In this document: piece by piece, positions 1 to 7,357 of the stretch | Layout of the letters: each line of letters starts with the position of its first letter | Numbering within the stretch: position 1 is the first letter of the stretch | Source of the DNA: Candidatus Scalindua sp. | GTDB lineage: Bacteria; Planctomycetota; Brocadiia; Brocadiales; Scalinduaceae | Reading direction: 5' to 3' | Length of the DNA: 32,000 nucleotides | NCBI GenBank assembly: GCA_031316235.1 | Contig: JALDRA010000001.1 | Span: 2,340,001-2,372,000, forward strand | Notes under the pieces: model-generated | Told to the model about the DNA's origin: nothing | Seen by the model: only the letters and a program-made list of their open reading frames with translations | Database searches by the model: none | Translations under genes and position numbers: made by a program

Positions 1-64
1 CGTACTATACCAAAGCAGGCTGACTCCTTTCGCGTAATTAACACACAAGCGTAGCCGTTTACAC

Positions 65-90
65 AAGTGTACCTGGGTACACTTTTCTTT
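65..90 (+). terminator. Candidate intrinsic terminator for a gene upstream of the window
   Basis: The 8-bp stem AAGTGTAC (65-72) pairs with GTACACTT (77-84) around a CTGG loop, followed by the T-rich tail TTTTCTTT. The stem is AT-rich, so support is weak. Confidence 0.3.
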
Positions 91-541
91 AAACTGTGGA
101 ATAGTTACGTTGAGAAACCAGAGAAACAGTAAAATAATTTACCTGTTACTGGTACTTTTCAGGGCCATGCTTTCACTTTCGCTATAGTACGTTTTTCCCC
201 TTCCTGTCCTGTTTAATCACCTCTATCTGTAAGATCCTCAGATTCATTAACTTATACACGGACAAGGAGTTAAAAAACAATAATGACAGTTATATTCCAT
301 ATAACTCATCCATTTCATATTTTCCACATGTGATCAAGTTTCCCATTCGATATAATGTTATCGTACACTTTTTTTCTCATAGTGATTTTAAATTCAGAAA
401 CATGTCATCTCTGGTATAAAATTTGTTATATATACATATATAGAGTGCATACTGCTTTATCGTGTTCGGAAGCTGGTTTTCCAGTCGGGTTTAAGTTAGC
501 AAGCAGGGCATTCTTTCTACAGGCGTAGTAAGATATATACT

Positions 542-650
542 TATACTCATCTCATAATGGTTTTCGGATAAAATCCGAGAAAAAACGGAGCGAGTATATC
601 TTCACCAGGATTTGGTTTCCGGTAAAACCGAAAACCAAATCGGTTTTATA
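542..650 (+). repeat. Family-A mosaic palindromic repeat, copy A1 (short form, canonical orientation)
   Basis: The sequence TATACTCATCTCATAATGGTTTTCGGATAAAATCCGAGAAAAAACGGAGCGAGTATATCTTCACCAGGATTTGGTTTCCGGTAAAACCGAAAACCAAATCGGTTTTATA is near-identical to 11 other loci in the window. It lies about 110 nt upstream of the 760 CDS. Confidence 0.9.
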
Positions 651-759
651 ATTGATCTCTCCTCGCATTTTTGATTTTTTATTTACGTTTCCACCGCAAT
701 AAGTATCATACAAAAAATCGAACTGTTAGTTGTTTGTTGATGAGATGAGCTTTTCATTT

Positions 760-1737
760 ATGAAAAAAATAGTTATTTTATCAACAGGTATCGTTCTTGG
801 TTTGATTATTCTGCTGGCCATTCTGATAACCGTCAAAGACCGCATCATTAAATCCACTATAGAGATTGTTTCCAGGCAGGTTATGGGTGTTGAAACTGTT
901 GTCGATCAGGTTTCTCTGGGCATTATAAAGCAGTCAGTTTCCATCAGGGGTTTGCGGCTGTATCAGCCTGAATCGTTTCCTGAAGGGATATTTATTGATG
1001 TCACGGAGATCAGTGGGTCCTGTAGGATAGCATCGTTTCTAAGAAAAAAAAATCATATTCCCAAACTGGTTCTGAATATCAAAGAAGTAATCTTGATAAA
1101 GGATAAATCCGGAAATCTTAATGTCGATGCTTTAAAAATTGTCCGGGAAAAGGAAATCAAGACTCAGGATGAAAAAGCAGAAATAGCTTTCCAGATTGAT
1201 GAAATGATCCTTACAATTGATAAGGTTATCTACAAACAGTACAGTCAGGATGACAAGCCGGTCATTAAAGCTTTTGACATAGGAGTTAAGGACGAGAAAT
1301 ACGAAAATATTACCAGCCCGCAACAACTTGCCGGCAAAATTTTACAGACAGTTTTGGAGCCTATGGCAGCCAGGGCAGGATTGAAAAGCGCAGCTATCTA
1401 CGGTATTGCCTCGATAACCGGTATAGGAATGATCCCTGTGGCGGCAGGTGCTGTTCTTTTTGGCAAAGACCATGCCCTTACAGAGCTAGATCAGGATTCT
1501 CGGGTAGTATATGAAGCCTGTGTGGCAACGCTAAGGAAATTGGGAGATGTGAGCAAAGAGAATAAAGAGAACGGGATAATTAAAGGGAATGCAAGCGGTT
1601 GCAGCATTAGCATAGAGCTGACAAAAACAAAACATGACAAGATACAGGTAAAGGTGTCCGCCCGGAAACTACTTTGGCCGAAACCAAAGATTGCCGGTGG
1701 TATCCTGTACGAGATAACTCAAAACCTGAAGGATTAA
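760..1737 (+). CDS. Membrane-anchored hypothetical protein (AsmA/DUF748-like N-terminal region, DUF3568-like C-terminal region)
   Basis: Track ORF 730..1737. The ATG at 760 gives MKKIVILSTGIVLGLIILLAILI, an N-terminal TM helix; ATG 745 is an alternative. Family resemblance was judged by eye only. Confidence 0.7.
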   Translation: MKKIVILSTGIVLGLIILLAILITVKDRIIKSTIEIVSRQVMGVETVVDQVSLGIIKQSVSIRGLRLYQPESFPEGIFIDVTEISGSCRIASFLRKKNHIPKLVLNIKEVILIKDKSGNLNVDALKIVREKEIKTQDEKAEIAFQIDEMILTIDKVIYKQYSQDDKPVIKAFDIGVKDEKYENITSPQQLAGKILQTVLEPMAARAGLKSAAIYGIASITGIGMIPVAAGAVLFGKDHALTELDQDSRVVYEACVATLRKLGDVSKENKENGIIKGNASGCSISIELTKTKHDKIQVKVSARKLLWPKPKIAGGILYEITQNLKD

Positions 1738-1833
1738 AAAGCACTGTGTGGAATACTTAAGGCTACCGGTACGCATCACAGGTAAAACGGATCTTGCATT
1801 ATTTATAGTTTCGTAAAACTTAAAACATCAGAA

Positions 1834-1915
1834 TTCACCGGGATATTATCGGTTTTAGTATACTCACTCCGTTTTTTCTCGGATTTTATCCGAAACCCCT
1901 TATGAAATGAGTATA
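1834..1915 (-). repeat. Family-A repeat, copy A2 (rearranged: hairpin-deleted M2 module abutting an inverted M1 module)
   Basis: Positions 1834-1863 read TTCACCGGGATATTATCGGTTTTAGTATA. This is M2 in + orientation lacking the central hairpin. It is fused at the shared TATA to the reverse complement of M1 (TATACTCACTCCGTTTTTTCTCGGATTTTATCCGAAACCCCTTATGAAATGAGTATA, to 1915). Confidence 0.8.
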
Positions 1916-2097
1916 GTATGATGGGTGAGATGTGTTCTGCCCGGATGGATTATTGAGGATAAAACAAATTGGTGGGTTTGAAAATCATCAAAATTGTGGT
2001 AATTAATATGATATACATACAAAACGACTTATGTGCGTAAAAAGACCGTTTGAAATACTAGTGACTACTCTGTATTTATTGGAGATAAAAATGAAAT

Positions 2098-2406
2098 TTG
2101 ATCAGGCGTTTTTTTGTGGCCCTTTTTCTGGCTGCATGGATTGTCGGCGGTCCAGGCTGTGCGGGGTCATCTAAGCATGCAAGCACCGGGGAGTATATGG
2201 ATGATTCTATCATTACGACCAAGGTAAAGGCGGCAATATTTAATGATCCTGTGGCCAAGGTGTTCCAGGTGAATGTTGAAACTTTCAAGGGAGTCGTACA
2301 GTTGAGCGGCTTCGTGGATTCTCCGGAGGTAGCCGCCAGGGCCGTGGAAGCAGCGAGATCTGTCGGGGGAGTAAAGGAAGTTATAAACAAAATGTCCGTG
2401 AAATGA
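2098..2406 (+). CDS. BON-domain lipoprotein (OsmY-like)
   Basis: The TTG start gives MIRRFFVALFLAAWIVGGPGC, a lipoprotein-type signal with a Cys. The BON signature is DDSIITTKVKAAIFNDPVAKVFQVNVETFKGVVQLSGFVDSPEVAARAVEAARSVGGVKEV. The start codon is uncertain because ATG 2091 is out of frame. Confidence 0.85.
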   Translation: MIRRFFVALFLAAWIVGGPGCAGSSKHASTGEYMDDSIITTKVKAAIFNDPVAKVFQVNVETFKGVVQLSGFVDSPEVAARAVEAARSVGGVKEVINKMSVK

Positions 2407-2476
2407 ACCGGCTAAAAGCCAATGTGTTTTTGAATGTACTTTAATTTCTTATTCTTTTTTTAACGGAAGGATGAAT

Positions 2477-2635
2477 ATGCCAATTGGCACAATCTTAATC
2501 ATAGCTCTGGTACTGATCCTTTTGGGTGTAATCCCAACCTGGCCGCACAGCCGGTCTTGGGGTTATACACCCAGCGGCGTGATCACGGTGGTGGTGGTAA
2601 TCTTACTGATACTGCTCGTATTGGGCAGAATATAG
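2477..2635 (+). CDS. DUF3309 family small membrane protein
   Basis: This ORF is absent from the track because it is under 60 aa. GGAAGG at 2465-2470 lies 6 nt before ATG 2477, and the stop is TAG 2633-2635. The translation MPIGTILIIALVLILLGVIPTWPHSRSWGYTPSGVITVVVVILLILLVLGRI has two hydrophobic helices flanking the PTWPxSRxWGYxPSG motif typical of DUF3309. Confidence 0.8.
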   Translation: MPIGTILIIALVLILLGVIPTWPHSRSWGYTPSGVITVVVVILLILLVLGRI

Positions 2636-2746
2636 TCGCAAGGGCAGAAGATTGAAAATGAGGCGGTGAACCATGACATTTCTATCACCAAGTGGCCGGG
2701 AAAGGCCACACCTTGTGAGGAACCATTTTAAGGAAAGGGATATATT

Positions 2747-3034
2747 ATGGAAACGAAAGACGCATATAAGCAAAAGATGAAGAAGCAACTGCAAGAGGCG
2801 AAGGCGCAGATTGACCTATTGGCTGCAAAGGCTGAGAATGCAGGAGCAGACGTTAAGCTCAAGTACGCCCAGGATCTCGATAAATTACGTGATAAACAGC
2901 GTATGGCCTCTGAAAAGCTGAAGGCGGTGGAAGAAGCAGGTGACGATGTGTGGGAGAAGGTCAAAGATACCACAGATAAGGTCGTGGATGATCTTAAGGC
3001 GGGCATAGCCAACGTCGTTTCCTATTTCAAGTAA
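2747..3034 (+). CDS. Small coiled-coil protein (paralog 1 of 3; cytoplasmic form, no signal peptide)
   Basis: A 95-aa Lys/Glu/Ala-rich helical protein. Its C-terminal motif DDVWEKVKDTTDKVVDDLKAGIANVVSYFK is shared with the C-terminus of 3989..4435 (ADAWEDVKSGMDAALENLNNSYNEAVSHFK). Confidence 0.75.
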   Translation: METKDAYKQKMKKQLQEAKAQIDLLAAKAENAGADVKLKYAQDLDKLRDKQRMASEKLKAVEEAGDDVWEKVKDTTDKVVDDLKAGIANVVSYFK

Positions 3035-3203
3035 AGCAATGGCTGTGCGTCGGGGAACGAAACCCAACATACATGGCTGAAGTATAAGTTCCCTGAATAC
3101 GCATTTAATTTTCAAGGTTGTGAATTCTGTGTAAGCCCGGCAACTTTACTGAGAGTGTTCTCGGGAGTTCGGGTTAAACTTTTTAAGAAGAGGAGAGACG
3201 GAA

Positions 3204-3770
3204 ATGGTAAAGAAATTTGTGTTAGGTCTGGCTTTTATTGGTGCATTGGTATTCGGTGTTTGTGCAGTAAATACTTTGTTGGTTGGCTCTGTTATGGCAA
3301 GTCATGAAGAGGGACATAAATGCGAAAAATGCGGACACTTGCCAACTGAACCAGAAAATGATTGTAAATGTGTATGTCACGCGAAGTGTAATAAGGTCGA
3401 TATTGTTCAGGTACCGGCTGTAGTTAAGTCTGCAATTGAGAAGGAAACTGCTGGCGGCACCGTCAAGGAAATAGTAAAAAAAGAGGCTGATGGCAAAGTG
3501 TGTTATGCGGTCAAGTATGTAGAGGACGGTATGGAAAAAACAGCCAAATTCACAGAAGAGGGCGCTGTTGTGGAATGCACGGGGGAAAAGGTCGAGATTG
3601 CTCAAGTACCGGCTGTGGTCAAGGCAGCGATCGAGAAGGAAACTGCTGGCGGCACCGTCAAGGAAATAGTGAAAAAAGAGGCCGATGGCAAAGTGTGCTA
3701 TGCAGTCAAGTATGTAGAGGATGGTATGGAAAAAACACTCAAACTCACAGAAGAAGGAAAAAGACAATAA
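3204..3770 (+). CDS. Secreted protein with Cys/His-rich segment and two tandem PepSY-like domains
   Basis: AGGAG RBS and a signal/TM segment (MVKKFVLGLAFIGALVFGVCAV). This is followed by HEEGHKCEKCGHLPTEPENDCKCVCHAKC and then two 65-aa units (VPAVVK.AIEKETAGGTVKEIVKKEADGKVCYAVKYVEDGMEKT) typical of PepSY-like/DUF2874 domains. Confidence 0.8.
   Translation: MVKKFVLGLAFIGALVFGVCAVNTLLVGSVMASHEEGHKCEKCGHLPTEPENDCKCVCHAKCNKVDIVQVPAVVKSAIEKETAGGTVKEIVKKEADGKVCYAVKYVEDGMEKTAKFTEEGAVVECTGEKVEIAQVPAVVKAAIEKETAGGTVKEIVKKEADGKVCYAVKYVEDGMEKTLKLTEEGKRQ
3396..3767 (+). repeat. Intragenic tandem duplication, period 195 bp (units 3396-3590 and 3591-3767)
   Basis: GTACCGGCTGT at 3411 recurs at 3606. The two units are highly similar at the DNA level, with scattered substitutions of all types. 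Confidence 0.9.
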
Positions 3771-3813
3771 ATGTAGACCGATTGCAAGCGTTTTCTCAAT
3801 ATCAATATATCCA

Positions 3814-3854
3814 CTTTATCCTGCAATCAGTCGATAACCGATTGCAGGATAAAG
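3814..3854. promoter_or_regulatory. Perfect 15-bp inverted repeat (stem-loop; terminator-like or protein-binding palindrome)
   Basis: CTTTATCCTGCAATC (3814-3828) pairs with GATTGCAGGATAAAG (3840-3854) across an 11-nt spacer. No U-tract follows on either strand. ACCGATTGCA also occurs as a direct repeat at 3777 and 3837. Confidence 0.5.
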
Positions 3855-3988
3855 GTTGAAACCGGATATAGCAAGAAAGATTTTTGTAGACAGGGGAAAG
3901 AGTTGTTTTGTGGATTAATCGAGTGTGAAGTGAAGTGCTTAAATAATTTTTAGTGGTGCGCCGGTGCGCCAGATAAGGATGTAAAAGT

Positions 3989-4435
3989 ATGAAAAAGATT
4001 GAATTTGTGGCAGCAATATTTATCCCTCTGTTTTTTATAACTTCTTGTGGTAGCAAGGAGACCCCTGAAAAAGCAGAAACCCATGTGTCGTCAGAGGATG
4101 TCAAACGTGAAACAGGAGAAGCTCTTGAAACGCAAAAAACTTACCTGGAACAGCAAAAAGAGAAATACCAGAAGGGTGCTGAATCAACATTGAACGATCT
4201 CAACGATAAGATAAAAGGCCTACAGGCAAAGGCCGGGCAAGCAGGGTCGGATGCTAAGGCCAAGTACAATGAGATAATTGAAGGATTACAAAAGAAGCAA
4301 GGAGAAGCACAAAACAGATTAAATGATCTCAAATCTAAAAGCGCTGACGCCTGGGAGGACGTTAAATCCGGAATGGATGCAGCCCTGGAAAATTTGAATA
4401 ATTCTTATAACGAGGCTGTTTCTCATTTCAAATAA
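3989..4435 (+). CDS. Coiled-coil lipoprotein (paralog 2 of 3)
   Basis: Lipobox in MKKIEFVAAIFIPLFFITSC. The remainder is a long Lys/Glu/Gln-rich helical region, and the C-terminus is homologous to 2747..3034. Confidence 0.8.
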   Translation: MKKIEFVAAIFIPLFFITSCGSKETPEKAETHVSSEDVKRETGEALETQKTYLEQQKEKYQKGAESTLNDLNDKIKGLQAKAGQAGSDAKAKYNEIIEGLQKKQGEAQNRLNDLKSKSADAWEDVKSGMDAALENLNNSYNEAVSHFK

Positions 4436-4486
4436 TCTTTGTACAGGCAAGGGAAGATTATTAAAATCAAAAGGGAGGATTTTTCT

Positions 4487-4693
4487 ATGAACAAAGTAGT
4501 CTCACTTGCAATTCTTGGCGGGGGTATCCTGCTTATAATCCTTGGCGTCAGTGCATCGAAGTCATTCAGCTCCGACATTTCCCGGTTTTTCACCGGCTCA
4601 CCTACCGACAAGGCGATATGGATGCTGATCGGCGGCGCTGTCGCAGCTGGTATCGGGCTGGCGGGACTGTTGCGTTGGACAAAGGGAAGTTGA
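4487..4693 (+). CDS. DUF3185 family small membrane protein
   Basis: A GGGAGG RBS precedes ATG 4487. The translation MNKVVSLAILGGGILLIILGVSASKSFSSDISRFFTGSPTDKAIWMLIGGAVAAGIGLAGLL has two TM helices and the FTGSPTDK motif, which I recall as DUF3185. Confidence 0.7.
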   Translation: MNKVVSLAILGGGILLIILGVSASKSFSSDISRFFTGSPTDKAIWMLIGGAVAAGIGLAGLLRWTKGS

Positions 4694-4694
4694 G

Positions 4695-4718
4695 GGTGTT
4701 GGCCCTGTTTTTATAGCG
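4695..4718 (+). terminator. Candidate intrinsic terminator
   Basis: AGGGTGTTGGCCCT forms a short GC stem, followed by GTTTTTAT immediately after the 4693 stop. Confidence 0.4.
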
Positions 4719-4859
4719 ATAATTGATGTGAAATCGGCTATTTCGCAGTTCGAGTGAACCATTGTTAAAGGAGTATCGAGTCCGGAGAGAAAGCCCGGCC
4801 TCAATGGCCTTGAACGCATGACAATTCCAATTAACCACATACTTAGAGGAGAATGGTAA

Positions 4860-5312
4860 ATGAAATCTCAAAGAATTTTCTGCCCGGTAATCATGGTTGC
4901 GGCGATTGCGATACTCGGTATTTCGTCAATATGTTTCGCTGAAACCTCAACTGACAAGACTACCATGGAAGAGGTGAAACAAGAGATGCAAGACGCGATT
5001 CGGGCGCTTAAAGAGTATGGTATTGATCAGCGTGATGAAGCGGTCAAGGACACGAAAGCCGCTTTAAACAGACTGGATAACCGTATCGAAGCGCTGGAAA
5101 CGCGTATCGACGACAACTGGGACACTATGAACGAGGCTGTTCGGGAAAAAACCCGCGCTACCCTGAAATCACTTCGAAAGCAGCGAACTCAGATGGCAGA
5201 ATGGTACGGCAGCCTGAAAAGCAGTTCGGCCGCTCTTCACTCTCAGCATCCTCGCTGTAGCTTAGGCTACACCTGCGGTCCTGGTCGGTCAGATCGACCA
5301 AATCTGACATAA
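4860..5312 (+). CDS. Secreted coiled-coil protein (paralog 3 of 3), C-terminus apparently replaced
   Basis: GGAGA RBS and the signal peptide MKSQRIFCPVIMVAAIAILGISSICFA. The helical region is related to the other two paralogs up to ...EWYGSLKSSSAA. The last ~28 aa (LHSQHPRCSLGYTCGPGRSDRPNLT) are unlike the family. Confidence 0.65.
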   Translation: MKSQRIFCPVIMVAAIAILGISSICFAETSTDKTTMEEVKQEMQDAIRALKEYGIDQRDEAVKDTKAALNRLDNRIEALETRIDDNWDTMNEAVREKTRATLKSLRKQRTQMAEWYGSLKSSSAALHSQHPRCSLGYTCGPGRSDRPNLT

Positions 5313-5426
5313 AACTGAGCGCGATAAAACAACAAGTTATTTTTTCCTGCACCCTAAGAGTTTTTTACATGAAGTCTGTATAAATCATTATTTAAACCGT
5401 TTGGTAAAATTGAAGGAGGCAATAGT

Positions 5427-5603
5427 ATGCTTTACTGGGCTGCGGTTTTTTTTATCATATCAATCGTTGCTGCTTTATTCGGATTTGCCGGGATTGCTGT
5501 CGCGGCGGCAGAGATAGCGAAAATACTTTTCTTTATTTTTTTCATTATATTTGTCTTCTTTTTGGTAACCGGCTTATTTAGGAGACGACGACCTCCGGTT
5601 TGA
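5427..5603 (+). CDS. DUF1328 / UPF0391 (YtjA-like) small membrane protein
   Basis: This ORF is absent from the track (58 aa). A GAAGGAGG RBS precedes ATG 5427, and the stop is TGA 5601-5603. [58 protein letters not shown] matches the UPF0391 pattern. Confidence 0.8.
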   Translation: MLYWAAVFFIISIVAALFGFAGIAVAAAEIAKILFFIFFIIFVFFLVTGLFRRRRPPV

Positions 5604-5701
5604 AATATTTTCCATCTAATTCTTTTTTTAAAGAAGAAACAAATTCTGAACCGATTTTATTATAAATGCATTTTAAACAGTTTAAACGACAGGAGCGTGA
5701 A

Positions 5702-7054
5702 ATGAAAAATATATTATTGAAGTATATTGGGGTCGTATTTGTGACTTTCGTTACGATGCCGGCTGTACGAGGTGGGACGGATGCGAAAGAGATGAAAAAG
5801 CAGGAATCCAGCTATATGCCGGTAATGATTACAGAACCATTTGAGACAGTTAGGGAACGGGATGTGGCAGAAAAACCCAAAGTGATGAGTAGACACATGA
5901 CGCTGCTTAGAGAAAGGTTTGATTTATTAGAGAAAACTGACTCGAACGCCACTATGTCCGGTGGTAAGCCGTTGCCTGTCGGTCCTACAGCAAAGTTAAG
6001 GAACGGCATGACCTGGGAGAGTTTAGGTTCATTGTCACCTGGAGAGATCAAGCAGAAGGGTGCTTTCCCTTATCCCCCACTGCCGCATGTCAAGCATGCT
6101 GTCGGTGGAATGGTCGTGGCTCCGATGCAACTGAAAACACACCCGGAACTTATCCGTTTTGATGTAGACTTTGATCTGCCGGAGGTTTATTTACCGGAAT
6201 TCCCACCTCCATTATATCTGATCTCACGGCCTGATCTGGGGGACGTTTCCGGTGGTGAAGAGATTACGATCAACAACTATTATGAGAAGCTGAACGGTAT
6301 ACTTACGCCGTTTCAGTTGGAAGGATTACGCCTTCTGGTCACGCCGGTGGCACAGCAGCAGTTTAACATTTCGGAAGACCGTAAGGCGGACACTGCGCAG
6401 GATGCCGTCTCATGCTTTACGTGTCACCCAAACGGTCATACCAGCGGTGTCTTTCATCTCAATCCTGACAACCGGCCTCAGGAGACGCGTTTCCGTATCG
6501 ATACCGTCAGCCTGCGCGGTGTGAATATCCAACATTTTTTTGGTTCCAAACGTGCTTTGAGATCGCTGGAGGACTTCAGTGAGGTTGAAGCAAAAACAGC
6601 CTATTTTGACGGTGATCTTGTAATTGCGATGAAAAAAGGTGCCCGTCGTTTCACACGGGAAGAAATCGTGGCCATGGCCGCGATGCAAAATATGATCGCT
6701 TTTCCACCGGCTCCAAAGCTTGATATCCAGGGCCGCTTGAATCCGGAGAAGGCCACAGAATCTGAGTTGCGTGGTGAAAAGATTTTTATGATGTCCTGTG
6801 CCTCCTGCCATCCGGCTCCATATTATACGGACAACCTCGCGCATGACCTCCAGGTGGAACGCTTCTACGATGGACGCGCCGAGGGTCTGATAAAGACCTT
6901 TGCCCTGCGCGGAATCAAGGACTCTCCTCCGTACATGCACGATGGGAGGTGTCTGACCCTGGAAGATACAGTCGAGTTTTTCAACCTGATTCAAGGGCTT
7001 AAACTGTCAGCACAGCAGAAAACTGATCTGGTGGCTTTCATGCGAACGCTATAA
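5702..7054 (+). CDS. Di-haem cytochrome c peroxidase / MauG-family protein
   Basis: An AGGAG RBS lies 6 nt before ATG 5702, with a signal peptide. There are two CXXCH motifs (CFTCH, CASCH). The family-typical C-terminal block is LRGIKDSPPYMHDGRCLTLEDTVEFFN. Confidence 0.8.
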   Translation: MKNILLKYIGVVFVTFVTMPAVRGGTDAKEMKKQESSYMPVMITEPFETVRERDVAEKPKVMSRHMTLLRERFDLLEKTDSNATMSGGKPLPVGPTAKLRNGMTWESLGSLSPGEIKQKGAFPYPPLPHVKHAVGGMVVAPMQLKTHPELIRFDVDFDLPEVYLPEFPPPLYLISRPDLGDVSGGEEITINNYYEKLNGILTPFQLEGLRLLVTPVAQQQFNISEDRKADTAQDAVSCFTCHPNGHTSGVFHLNPDNRPQETRFRIDTVSLRGVNIQHFFGSKRALRSLEDFSEVEAKTAYFDGDLVIAMKKGARRFTREEIVAMAAMQNMIAFPPAPKLDIQGRLNPEKATESELRGEKIFMMSCASCHPAPYYTDNLAHDLQVERFYDGRAEGLIKTFALRGIKDSPPYMHDGRCLTLEDTVEFFNLIQGLKLSAQQKTDLVAFMRTL

Positions 7055-7112
7055 TTGAAACAGTATTTGTTGACAGAAAATCCATTGTCCACGAATAATA
7101 AATGCCTGACGC

Positions 7113-7183
7113 GGCTTTGGTTTTAGAATTTTCTAAAACCAAAGCCTGATTGCTGGTATCCCCGGACAAAAGACGTTGAAGAA
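7113..7183 (-). repeat. Family-A repeat, partial copy A12 (variant M2 hairpin + 27-nt insert module)
   Basis: GGCTTTGGTTTTAGAA-TT-TTCTAAAACCAAAGCC is a perfect 34-bp palindrome at 7113-7146. It is followed by TGATTGCTGGTATCCCCGGACAAAAGACGTTGAAG, matching the reverse complement of the A11 segment GGGGATACCGGCAATCAGGCTCTGGTTTT. It lies between convergent genes. Confidence 0.7.
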
Positions 7184-7357
7184 TTTCTTATGATGATGTT
7201 TTGGAAAAGCAATAAATATAGCTATCAAAGCCATTTACGGGGCTTACTTTAACATTTTGTTTGGGAGGGTTACTTGATAGCTTTTTTAAAGGTTCCGGGA
7301 TAGTTGCCTTATTATTTATGATATTTACCGTAACAGTCTATCTTTGTCGAAGTAGTA

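Noticed and set aside
2091-2170. ATG at 2091 (well spaced from GGAGA) as the BON gene start, implying a frameshift in the T7 run
   Set aside because: The in-frame TTG at 2098 already yields a complete, well-formed lipoprotein signal peptide (MIRRFFVALFLAAWIVGGPGC). No frameshift is needed, and the ATG frame stops after 26 codons.
3366-3389. CKCVCHAKC as a c-type haem-binding site
   Set aside because: The spacing is CxCxCH, not CXXCH, so it is not a canonical haem c attachment motif.
3396-3767. PepSY-like tandem units as a diversity-generating retroelement template/variable repeat pair
   Set aside because: Substitutions between the two units are of all types (A-G, T-C, T-G and others) rather than adenine-specific. 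No reverse transcriptase gene is nearby.
3222-3767. Long antisense or shadow ORFs (3222..3767-, 6410..6994-, 12973..13392+, 18239..18601-, 20233..20601-, 25299..25634+ and similar)
   Set aside because: Each lies wholly inside, and opposite or out of frame to, a gene with clear family motifs. Their translations are low-complexity or Cys/Arg/Ser-rich with no recognisable features.
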